Shown here: in pieces, positions 7,748 to 16,122 of the stretch | Layout of the letters: each line of letters begins with the position of its first letter | How positions within the stretch are numbered: the first letter of the stretch is position 1 | Sequence record: NC_010155.1 | Direction: 5' to 3' (one strand) | Length of the DNA stretch: 40,449 nt | The notes under the pieces: generated by a model | Seen by the model: only the letters and a program-made list of their open reading frames with translations | What the model was told of the DNA's origin: nothing | Databases searched by the model: none | Position numbers and translations under genes: made by a program

Positions 7748-8431
7748 TCAATCTGCTTTCTTAACGGGTGGGTGAACTAGTAAATAGATTCCTGGACCTA
7801 GTGTTATGGGATCATGATCGTTACTCTTGATGTCTAATCTACTGTCAACTCTTACTAATGTGCCATCCTTTGCATGTGCTAACTTTACTACTCCTTCAGT
7901 ATAGTGGTTGTAAATTTCTAACGGATAATCATAAAATTCAATGTAATCAGGCACTTCGACTTCATGGATCTCTAGATGCCCTTGCGTGAGTATTGGGGTT
8001 GATTGTATTGTTTTCACCTTGTGCGCAATATATACTTTAACTCCATAATTATCGAACTCAACCAAGTATTTCCTTGGGCTTAGGTGTTTTAGAAAATCCT
8101 TGTAGGTTTGTAAGAATATCTCTGTGAATGTTAATTTGTCTCTGGTGAACTTAAAGTCCGCCTCAAGTGTCATTTTTTTCCAGTCCATGATCCACAGTCC
8201 TCTTACTGGTTTTGCATTAATTTCTCCGTTGTTCTCGACTTCCACTTGATAGCATCCTTTCACTGTCATTCCAGAGTTGCTTATGTACCATGCACAGTCG
8301 GTGACGTTTCTGTCATATCCAGTTACTACGATTTTATATATCCAGTTACCTGACTTCAACTGTATTGCTGGGGGTTCAGGTAGATTCGGGAGTTTCAATT
8401 TTTTACTTGATTCTTGATTTTGAGTTTCCAT
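7748..8431 (-). CDS. 227-aa protein with C-terminal QGx...(H)xxH...G-x-Y...AD domain
   Basis: Start moved to METQNQ (AGGGG SD, TATA near 8467-8474). C-terminal TQGHL...KDGTLVRV...SNDHDPITLGPGIY...KKAD*. Confidence 0.8.
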   Translation of the reverse strand: METQNQESSKKLKLPNLPEPPAIQLKSGNWIYKIVVTGYDRNVTDCAWYISNSGMTVKGCYQVEVENNGEINAKPVRGLWIMDWKKMTLEADFKFTRDKLTFTEIFLQTYKDFLKHLSPRKYLVEFDNYGVKVYIAHKVKTIQSTPILTQGHLEIHEVEVPDYIEFYDYPLEIYNHYTEGVVKLAHAKDGTLVRVDSRLDIKSNDHDPITLGPGIYLLVHPPVKKAD

Positions 8432-8609
8432 ACTATCCCCTCTACCTAAATAGTTGGTAAAAAAGCTATATAAACATTTCTCTCTGTCTTTTCTGTTAAT
8501 GAAGATATTTACATAAGCCAATTAAAGTTAGTTTCAGTAGATTTTAAAGAAGAAATAATAATGCAAAAAGTAAAAAAATGAAATAAAAAAATAACTTATC
8601 TTAAATTTA

Positions 8610-8867
8610 TTATTCGCCCCAGATCATTAATCCTAGGAGATTGACATCTAATTTTTTAAGATCTTCAAAATTTTCGACACCAAAATTTTCGATATTCTCC
8701 TCCGTATCGTCTGTGTACCACCCATCTTTATTTTGGAATATAATTTTGATTTTTTTACTATCCTCCTCATCTTGAAATATTTTTGCAATTTCTTCCAATT
8801 TGTTTTTATTATCTAGTTTGTAAATTATTATTTTCTTGTTTTCGATTTCTTTTTCATACCTGGGCAT
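8610..8867 (-). CDS. Small charged protein, 85 aa, monocistronic
   Basis: Own TATA and GAGGG SD; T-rich tract downstream. Confidence 0.8.
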   Translation of the reverse strand: MPRYEKEIENKKIIIYKLDNKNKLEEIAKIFQDEEDSKKIKIIFQNKDGWYTDDTEENIENFGVENFEDLKKLDVNLLGLMIWGE

Positions 8868-9056
8868 TTCTTCTTCCCTCTTATTATATTTCTGATCCCC
8901 CCCATATATATCTTATTATGATTAGATTACCGACACTCTGAATATTTATCTCAAGAAGGCGAGAAAATAATGAAAATCGATAGATATTTTTGATAGATAA
9001 AGATAGTAATAATATCTGAAAATTGAGAAAAATGGTGTATAAAAAAAGAAATAACT

Positions 9057-9545
9057 TTATCTAAACTTATGTAAATCGTAAAGTTTGTAGCACTCAAAGC
9101 CGAGATGTGTTTCTCTACACTCCTCTTTGAACATTTTTGTTTGGACTGACAATTTTTCACGCCACAAGTATTTTAGTAACTCCTTTATGAAGATTTTTCT
9201 TAATTTGTAATCTAAGTAGCATTTTTCGTCAGTACATCCGCAGTTTTTGCAAATCATTTCCAAAAGCGGTTCGTATTCTATTTTTTTCAGCATTTCTAGC
9301 CTATCGTTCCAGTATTCAATGGTATAGTCAGTGACCTCAAAATTAAATTGTAACACTTTTTTCTCAGCTAAATCGTCTTTTATCCATAAATAATGGGATA
9401 TTTTCACAGTTATTATATTCTTGTACTCTTTTGGTTTTTTTGGTATTATAATTGTGACTTGTCTCTTTAACCAGTTTTGTTCATATATGTAAAAAAAGAT
9501 ATCTTGTTCAAAATTGTTTTCATCAAGACTTATGTCTGTCCACAT
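9057..9545 (-). CDS. Hypothetical protein, 162 aa, with Cys cluster (CKNCGC...C)
   Basis: TTTATATA promoter 38 nt upstream; GGTAGGGG SD. Confidence 0.8.
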   Translation of the reverse strand: MWTDISLDENNFEQDIFFYIYEQNWLKRQVTIIIPKKPKEYKNIITVKISHYLWIKDDLAEKKVLQFNFEVTDYTIEYWNDRLEMLKKIEYEPLLEMICKNCGCTDEKCYLDYKLRKIFIKELLKYLWREKLSVQTKMFKEECRETHLGFECYKLYDLHKFR

Positions 9546-9615
9546 TTATAGTGTCCCCTACCATTATCTTGTGCAAAATGGCTATATAAATGTTTTCTTC
9601 TCTTATTCTCTTCTT

Positions 9616-9840
9616 ATGGAGAGGGGAATATTCTCTTTAATATTAACTCTTTTGCTTTTTATAGTAATACTACGTAATTATCTAATCATGAGTACTAGAT
9701 ATGAAATTATAAAAGTTGAGTGCAAAGAAAATAACTGTTTTATCACCTTGAAGCTGATAAGAAATGGTACAATAGAGATTTTCAACTCTGTACCAATTGA
9801 AAATGTGAATAAACTGATAGAGAATTTCTCATTTTTTTAA
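9616..9840 (+). CDS. Small protein with N-terminal transmembrane helix, 74 aa
   Basis: TATATAAA at 9583-9590 fits a leaderless ATG at 9616; alternative start at 9688. Confidence 0.55.
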   Translation: MERGIFSLILTLLLFIVILRNYLIMSTRYEIIKVECKENNCFITLKLIRNGTIEIFNSVPIENVNKLIENFSFF

Positions 9841-10062
9841 CTGAAAAAGAATTTTTGATTCTGTGTAATACTGAGTTAGTTTCTAGTTCTGTTTTCTTTT
9901 CGTGTAGGGAAAAGTTTACGTTTGAATTTTCAAAATTTATTTGACGATTTTGTGTACATATTCAGGAAGAACAGTTACGTATTGTGCATGAAAAATCTGA
10001 TTGACTGACTTGTAATTACTATAGAAATTTTATTACAAAAATTTGAAAAATTGTCTGGAAAC

Positions 10063-10095
10063 TGAGAAAATACCCTAATTTGGGGCATTTTCTCA
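10063..10095 (-). other. 13-bp stem-loop in ORF-free region
   Basis: Minus strand TGAGAAAATGCCC-CAAATTA-GGGTATTTTCTCA, with one G-U pair only on this strand. Confidence 0.5.
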
Positions 10096-10224
10096 CTCTA
10101 GAACAAAGTTTTCAAGCAATTTTTCTATTGTATGTAATATATTCTGTGAAGAGTAATAAAGTGAGCTCAATCTAGAGAAAAAGATATATAAATGTTCAAG
10201 ATAATATATATAGTAGGAGGAAGT

Positions 10225-10479
10225 ATGGAAGAAGTAAATATATCTAAAAAAGTAACAATGGAAGAGACAAGAAAGCAATTGTTGAAAGAACTTGAAGTAC
10301 TAGAAAAGGTAAATGAAATTTTAGATAGTGTTAATAAGATAATGGGAGAGATCAGTGATACATGTCATATGGCGATAGAGTCAATGCCCCAGGTCAGAAA
10401 GGATCTAATAGAACAGTGTTCAAATGTTCAGAAACAGTTATACAAACTATATGATATAATTTCTGATACAGTATATTAA
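10225..10479 (+). CDS. Helical/coiled-coil protein, 84 aa
   Basis: TATATAAA promoter; AGGAGG SD before MEEVNISKK. Confidence 0.8.
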   Translation: MEEVNISKKVTMEETRKQLLKELEVLEKVNEILDSVNKIMGEISDTCHMAIESMPQVRKDLIEQCSNVQKQLYKLYDIISDTVY

Positions 10480-10500
10480 AGTCAATTCTCTTTTTTTTAT

Positions 10501-10644
10501 TCTTCTTTCGTTCTTGATGGAGAGAATTCTGAGTTATACTATAATTCATATATTATATATATGAATTATGCGTCTTCTCTTATTCTTGATGAAGAGAATG
10601 ACGTAGCATACTATTATTCATATATATAATATATGTATTATAGC
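10501..10644. repeat. Two 72-bp AT-rich tandem units, each with a palindrome
   Basis: Gapless alignment 53/72 identical; perfect 13-bp inverted repeat at 10541-10553/10557-10569. Confidence 0.85.
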
Positions 10645-10672
10645 GTTAGAAAAAGTTCAGTAAAAAATGAAT

Positions 10673-12367
10673 TTATTTCGATTCAAAAATTATACCTTCA
10701 TATTCCTTAAAAACGAAATTATATCTCTGATCAAATTGTCTCTGGAAAATTTCATTGTCATAAGCAATATCCAGTATTATTCCTTTTTGTTTATCTTTTG
10801 CAGGGCGCATTACTCTTCCTATCCGTTGAACTAATTTTATTCTACTTTTTCCCTGTGATAGTAATACTATAAGTCTAAGATTTGGAATATCTAATCCCTC
10901 ATCCGCAAGACTTGTCGCTATTAATGTTTGTATCTTTCCGTTTTTCAAATTCTCTATTTTTTTCATTCTCTCTTCTAGAGTTGTTTGGGAGGTAACATAA
11001 TCCGCAATTATTCCATTTTCGTTAAACATTTCTGATAATTTTCTGGCAACGCTAATTCTTCTAACAATTACTAATGCTGGAAATGCATTAATTGATTTTA
11101 TTTTCTCTATTATTTGAATATTTGTCATTGGTGAATTCTCAAATAATCTTAGCAGTAATGAGTAATATTTGGCAAATTCCATTTTTTCTTTTTCTTTTTC
11201 CAATTTCTTTATTTTTTCTTTCAATTTCTTTGGAATTTCTGGTACAAACGCAATATATTCCAAAGGAACTAAATAGTGATTCTTGACTAGTTCTTGATAA
11301 TTAATGGAATAAGATATTCTCCCTAGTAGTCCTAAAATTTCTAGGTCCCTGCCGTCTTCTCTATATGGAGTAGCCGTGAGCCCTAACCTGATGCTATTCG
11401 GCGAATCTAGTAACAAAGCTTTAATGCTATTGGCAGGTGTATGGTGCGCCTCATCTATTATAATCAAGTCTGCATTATTAATAATGTCTCTAAGTTCATT
11501 ATGTTTGTTGCGCTTTTTCTGAGAATAATAATATGAAATTGATAATGCTATCAAGTTGCTATCTTTTTCTTTTTTCAATTCATTCAACTCCCCTGATACT
11601 ATTGCAAAGTTTAGATCTTCTTTTTTCGCAAATTGTTGAAATTGTTTTAGCAATGTCGTTGAATTTACTGCGTATATTACTTTTGCATTTTTCTTATTCT
11701 TTAGCATTTCTAACGTTGCTAGTATAGAAATTATAGATTTTCCAGAGCCCGTTGGCGCTTTTATAATTCCTGTTCCTACTATATTAACATCAGCAATCCA
11801 TTGCTTTATTGAATTTATCTGGTAGTCTCTTAACTCAAAGTTTTTCAATGTAATATCGTGAAAACTGAAATTGGTAAATGGTTTTATTTTTATCTCATTG
11901 ACATTTAACAATCTCCAGTATAAGCCTCTATAAGTTACGAAATAATCGGAATGCTTCCATGCGAGTAATATTTCCTCCTCTTCATATTTGCCTTTATCGT
12001 AATCGAATTTTTTCAATTTATATGATAACATTTTTTTGTATTTTTCAAGGTCATCATAAATTTGAATATAGTTTCCTCTAATTTTTGCAAACACGATTTT
12101 TTTGTCATTATTAATATAAGGCGATAGTATATTGTAAATTTCTTCTCCTACAAAATCGCTCAGAAAGTCGGCAATTTTTTTCAATTCTTCTTTCTCAATT
12201 CTAGAGATTTTAAACTCGTTCAAGTACCAATTTTTGTCACTTGGATCAAAATCGGCGATAGATTTTACTGCTAAGAGATATTGTCTAAACTCATCTTTTT
12301 CTAGATATCTTTTTGGTCTAGGTATTGCAATTTTTTCATTATTAAGAGACATATTGCTCTCACTCAT
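10673..12367 (-). CDS. SF2 XPB/Rad25-like helicase, 564 aa
   Basis: ELRDYQ, APTGSGKS, DEAHH, GLTATPYREDG, LADEGLDIP, QRIGRVMR. Confidence 0.95.
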   Translation of the reverse strand: MSESNMSLNNEKIAIPRPKRYLEKDEFRQYLLAVKSIADFDPSDKNWYLNEFKISRIEKEELKKIADFLSDFVGEEIYNILSPYINNDKKIVFAKIRGNYIQIYDDLEKYKKMLSYKLKKFDYDKGKYEEEEILLAWKHSDYFVTYRGLYWRLLNVNEIKIKPFTNFSFHDITLKNFELRDYQINSIKQWIADVNIVGTGIIKAPTGSGKSIISILATLEMLKNKKNAKVIYAVNSTTLLKQFQQFAKKEDLNFAIVSGELNELKKEKDSNLIALSISYYYSQKKRNKHNELRDIINNADLIIIDEAHHTPANSIKALLLDSPNSIRLGLTATPYREDGRDLEILGLLGRISYSINYQELVKNHYLVPLEYIAFVPEIPKKLKEKIKKLEKEKEKMEFAKYYSLLLRLFENSPMTNIQIIEKIKSINAFPALVIVRRISVARKLSEMFNENGIIADYVTSQTTLEERMKKIENLKNGKIQTLIATSLADEGLDIPNLRLIVLLSQGKSRIKLVQRIGRVMRPAKDKQKGIILDIAYDNEIFQRQFDQRYNFVFKEYEGIIFESK

Positions 12368-12442
12368 TCTAATATTATATAAGGAAAATGGATATATAAA
12401 TGTTCAGCATGTCAAGAATGAGAAAGAGAGATAAAAAAAGGG

Positions 12443-13459
12443 TTAAAATTCAAACATCTTTGTATTACTATCAAGCTGATAAATGTACTTGTACATGCTT
12501 TTTATCTTCCAATAACGCACGAAATTCGAGATCCTGATACACCACATTACGTCTTTGTAGTCAACTCCGCAAAGTGCCGAGAATGCAAGATCATTGACGC
12601 TGAATCCTATGATTTTGAATATTATTTGATTTGTGCCGTCGTAATCATAATCCACAACGGCGAAATTCTGAATTCTTCTAATCCCTTGCAAACTTATCCT
12701 GTCTTCGTTAAATTTGTAGACGGGAGAAAGGAAATACTGAATATAGATGATATCACTTAGCTTTAATCTGTCTTTCAATATTGTTTCTGGGAGTATTTTG
12801 AATTCTTCTCTTTCTGCAATTTTCTTATTTAGCAACATTTTTAGAATGGCATAGCTAATTTTTCTATTCCTAATCGCTATTCTGAGTGGAGTTGGTAGTT
12901 TCCCAAACCTCGTTACGTAGTATTTTCTTCCTTTGTTGTTTATTTTCATTAAAGTCAGGTATTTCCCATTTATCTGAATCCTGGAAAAGTTAATTGAATT
13001 AGCAATTTCTCTCTCGTCATTTGTTAATTTGAATTTTGCGTTAATTATTGCATTTACTCTTCTAGGAAATGTGTTAATACTGAATTTCCTCTCACCCATA
13101 TTAATTTTTATATCAACGTATTTTATCCAGAAACTTAGAAACTCTTCAAATATTCTATTTAGAATAAATGCTATATGTATATCTTCAATTTTATTCACAT
13201 CGTCGAATGTTATATCTATTTCGTCTCCTTTTCTTTTCACTACAATTTCGTAATTATAAACCCAAATTCTCATGATTCCAGTAATGTATTTTCTCAAATA
13301 AAATTTAAAATCCTTTAAATGATAATTGTATTCCGCTACGTAAAATTCGTCTTCAAATTTATCCCAATTTTCGATGATGTCTTCTAATTTTGGAATTTCT
13401 TTCAGTAAAATATATCCTTTCTTTTTTGCTACTTTTTCTCCTTGCATACTATTTGCCAC
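12443..13459 (-). CDS. Hypothetical protein, 338 aa (C-terminus weakly DUF6745-like)
   Basis: GTG start with GGGGG SD; C-terminal ALCGVDYKDVMWCIRIS...YKYIY. Domain call is tentative. Confidence 0.8.
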   Translation of the reverse strand: MANSMQGEKVAKKKGYILLKEIPKLEDIIENWDKFEDEFYVAEYNYHLKDFKFYLRKYITGIMRIWVYNYEIVVKRKGDEIDITFDDVNKIEDIHIAFILNRIFEEFLSFWIKYVDIKINMGERKFSINTFPRRVNAIINAKFKLTNDEREIANSINFSRIQINGKYLTLMKINNKGRKYYVTRFGKLPTPLRIAIRNRKISYAILKMLLNKKIAEREEFKILPETILKDRLKLSDIIYIQYFLSPVYKFNEDRISLQGIRRIQNFAVVDYDYDGTNQIIFKIIGFSVNDLAFSALCGVDYKDVMWCIRISNFVRYWKIKSMYKYIYQLDSNTKMFEF

Positions 13460-13526
13460 CCCCTATATTATCTTACACAGAAAAGCTTATAAATTTGTGT
13501 TACTACATTTATACTAGGGAAAGCAA

Positions 13527-13895
13527 ATGCAAGCAGTCCAAGTAGTCAAGGAAAAGCCGGAAGTGAACCAAAACATGAATTTTTTAGCATCGTCAGTTTA
13601 TGAAACCCACGACTTGAGAGACAAGATAAAGCCTGGGCAAAAGTTCGTCATTAGACAGGGCGATTTAATCGTGGCAAACTACTCTATAGACTATCCAAGA
13701 AGGCACGGATTACGTTCTGTAAGTCCAGTCACAGAGAACATAAACGGAAGGTTAATTGATGTATTCAGGGATTCTCATTTCATTCTACATACTGAAGAGT
13801 TTATGTCAATCTATCATTCCGAACACGGATTAGTGATAATACCAGCAAAGGGACAAAGGTTTAGCTACTACGTTATCAATGAAGCGATAGACTAA
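13527..13895 (+). CDS. 122-aa RQGD/HxEH-family protein
   Basis: IRQGDLIV...DSH...YHSEHGLVIIP...EAID*. Confidence 0.8.
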   Translation: MQAVQVVKEKPEVNQNMNFLASSVYETHDLRDKIKPGQKFVIRQGDLIVANYSIDYPRRHGLRSVSPVTENINGRLIDVFRDSHFILHTEEFMSIYHSEHGLVIIPAKGQRFSYYVINEAID

Positions 13896-13929
13896 AAAAT
13901 TTATATATTTTTTTTCCTACTATCTATTT

Positions 13930-14205
13930 ATGACTTACACGCTTTATATTTCGAGGAAAAACTTCCCTAAGATAGACTCATTATGCAAAGAATACTCATC
14001 ATACAGAGAGTGCGTTCTGAAAAAAATTGAGGAGAAGTATGGAGTGAGGTTCAATAAAAAGTTTAATCATCATAAAAGGACGAAGACGGGGCAGTCATTG
14101 TGTCTTCACCTTTATAACGATGAAGTAGAAGTCCTGAAGAAGATAGCGGAACAGGAAGGAACGACAGTCCGAAAATTAGTCCTTAGCCTTCTTGGAATTG
14201 AATAA
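13930..14205 (+). CDS. Tandem ribbon-helix-helix regulator, 91 aa
   Basis: YTLYISRKNF... and LCLHLYNDEVEVLKKIAEQEGTTVRKLV. Confidence 0.7.
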   Translation: MTYTLYISRKNFPKIDSLCKEYSSYRECVLKKIEEKYGVRFNKKFNHHKRTKTGQSLCLHLYNDEVEVLKKIAEQEGTTVRKLVLSLLGIE

Positions 14206-14643
14206 TGGATCGAACAATCTGTAAGGGTAGTGATAAAAGGATTCTGGATATTTTTTATACACATACTTGAGAATTCTATCTGTGCTTTTTCTTACCCATT
14301 TTTTGAAGAACTTCATTATCTCCTCGTCTTTTTCATCTGGTGTTAATTCACTCTTCAGTATGTATCTTCGTCTATACGCTATTACGAAACCCGTGAAGAC
14401 GTCTCTCACTCCCCTAGCCTTCTCTTCAATTTCGCCCATTTCAACTAGCTTATCCACGTAATCTTGTAGCAGATCTGATGATGGTCCAAAGATCCATGGT
14501 TTGAAGTCAAGTCCTAAATCGATCCCTTTCTCTTTCTCCAGAAGAAAGAATATTTTCTGCAATTTAGTTGGTGTTACCCTTGCTTTTTCTTGTTTTGCAA
14601 CGTATAACAATAACTTAATTAGGTAGTAAATTCTGTCATCCAA
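14176..14643 (-). CDS. Panacea/DUF4065 (SocA/GepA-like) antitoxin-domain protein, 155 aa
   Basis: TPTKLQKIFFL...FKPWIFGPSS match the family KLQK and F-x-x-W-x-x-GP motifs. Confidence 0.75.
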   Translation of the reverse strand: MDDRIYYLIKLLLYVAKQEKARVTPTKLQKIFFLLEKEKGIDLGLDFKPWIFGPSSDLLQDYVDKLVEMGEIEEKARGVRDVFTGFVIAYRRRYILKSELTPDEKDEEIMKFFKKWVRKSTDRILKYVYKKYPESFYHYPYRLFDPLFNSKKAKD

Positions 14644-14646
14644 GTG

Positions 14647-14949
14647 TTACACCGTTATCATTATCATTTCCTTTAAAAATCTGTTGAGGGTAGTCCCTCT
14701 CTTTTTTAGTTCCAGCCTGACTAACATTTCGTTTCTCTTTTCTAGTTTGCAATTTATTCTATAGTATTTCTTTCCGTTTACGACGATATAGCTACCTTCC
14801 AAATCTTGTCTTTTGTAATCTCTAGTTTTATCTTCGATGTTAAAGTACTCCTTCAATATCTTTCTGATTACTGCCGGTACACTAACGCCTTCTTCTTGTG
14901 CCTTCTTTCTCAGAAATTCGAACACTTCTTGTTCAACTGTTACCATCAT
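14647..14949 (-). CDS. Tandem ribbon-helix-helix regulator, 100 aa
   Basis: VTVEQEVFEFLRKKAQEEGVSVPAVIRKIL and INCKLEKR...LKKRGTTLNRFLKEMI. Confidence 0.8.
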   Translation of the reverse strand: MMVTVEQEVFEFLRKKAQEEGVSVPAVIRKILKEYFNIEDKTRDYKRQDLEGSYIVVNGKKYYRINCKLEKRNEMLVRLELKKRGTTLNRFLKEMIMITV

Positions 14950-15034
14950 GTTACATCATGACAATTATTTGTAGTGCAATATTTAAACCTTTCTTTTAAG
15001 TTAAATTTAAAAATGTGCTATCATAAAGTTTCTT

Positions 15035-15325
15035 ATGGAGCTTGTTAAGATTTCCGTAAGGTTTAATCAAAAGTTGAAACTTATTTTTGATAACATAAAA
15101 CCACGAGATAAGACTAACGATGGGTTTTTGCGTGAGCTTTTTAGCGAATGTAGTGACGTCGTCGAGAAGGTGAGTTACGATCTGGGTGAGAATTTGAGAC
15201 CATATTGCCTAAGGTTGTCTCCAGAGCTCATCGAGGGTCTTGATCATCTAGGTGAGAAGCTAGGTCTGTCTAGGTCAGAAGTTATAAGGCGATTGATTTA
15301 TGCGAGGGCGAAGAGACTTTGTTAG
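15035..15325 (+). CDS. Tandem ribbon-helix-helix regulator, 96 aa
   Basis: KISVRF... and YCLRLSPELIEGLDHLGEKLGLSRSEVIRRLI. Confidence 0.85.
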   Translation: MELVKISVRFNQKLKLIFDNIKPRDKTNDGFLRELFSECSDVVEKVSYDLGENLRPYCLRLSPELIEGLDHLGEKLGLSRSEVIRRLIYARAKRLC

Positions 15326-15712
15326 TTGTGCAGGTGGTGAAGCCTGGGTTCTACATTGACTATAAGGTGAGGAGCCTTGAAGACCTTCCATGGCACTTCA
15401 TCCCCTTCGTTAAGACAATCGGGGAAGAGAAGTACGGGACAGACGATATGTGTTACGTTATCCTTCGATTACGACGAGTGGAGTCATCCGATTTTCGTGG
15501 AGGGGACTATTTGCGAACCATTACAGGAGGGGAGAGAGAAGGAGCAGGTGAGGGAAATGGTAGAAGAGCTGGAGGACCAGATCCTGGATTTGTTTGGGGT
15601 GCAAATTCTCCCTCTCCTCACAGACGAGGGGATTTGGTATGGTGGTGCTCCCGGGAAAAAGATTATTTGGTATCATCGTTATCCTTCGGACGGGAGGGAG
15701 TATACATGGTAG
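15319..15712 (+). other. Gene apparently split across two frames (+1 shift near 15450-15470), or a 111-aa TTG-start gene at 15377
   Basis: Protein-like sequence is in the 15319 frame up to about DDMC, then in the 15377 frame (FDYDEWSHPIF...EYTW*). The other frame is G/R/S-rich in each part. Confidence 0.55.
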
Positions 15713-16122
15713 ATGCTAGACAAGTTGTGAAACTAGACGTTGACGTGGACGTCACATGGTATGATCCCAACTGGCTTCTGGAGAAGAAATTATCGCTCTT
15801 GCACGCCCTAGGCTACAAGGAGGAGAAAGCCTGGTGGGAGTTGTCACCCTCTGGGAGACATGTTCACTTGATCGTAGTTCTGCAGAGCCCTCTCTCCACG
15901 AAGGAGCTCTTTGATCTTCAGTTTCTTCTAGGTGACGACCCGAAGCGTGTGGAGTTTAACTACCTGCGTTACAACGCTATAGGAGAGGACGCCGTCCACT
16001 TTAACGTTCTTTATGCGTATAAAAAGTCCTTAACACGTGTTGACAAGCTAAGGGCAATTTTCCGGCATTGGTCGAGGTCTCTGCAATATTCGAAAAAACG
16101 AAGAGATGGACAAATGACGTAG
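15706..16122 (+). CDS. 138-aa protein with primase-like (AEP) or HUH catalytic motifs
   Basis: ATG overlaps the upstream TAG, GGAGGGAG SD; LDVDVD, LSPSGRHVHL, LGDDPKR, YAYK. Confidence 0.65.
   Translation: MVDARQVVKLDVDVDVTWYDPNWLLEKKLSLLHALGYKEEKAWWELSPSGRHVHLIVVLQSPLSTKELFDLQFLLGDDPKRVEFNYLRYNAIGEDAVHFNVLYAYKKSLTRVDKLRAIFRHWSRSLQYSKKRRDGQMT

Noticed and set aside
8610-8867. Possible AcrID1 homologue (small, charged, near acrIII-1)
   Set aside because: I could not match it to AcrID1 sequence features; kept only as an unnamed candidate.
15456-15688. 12-bp direct repeat CGTTATCCTTCG at 15456 and 15677 flanking the frame-switched segment
   Set aside because: Many 12-mer repeats are expected by chance in 40 kb, and deleting between them gives an early stop rather than a restored gene.
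15319-16122. Single 267-aa protein as given in the ORF track
   Set aside because: The middle third is off-frame-like while the +1 frame is clearly coding; the two-gene or frameshift model fits better.
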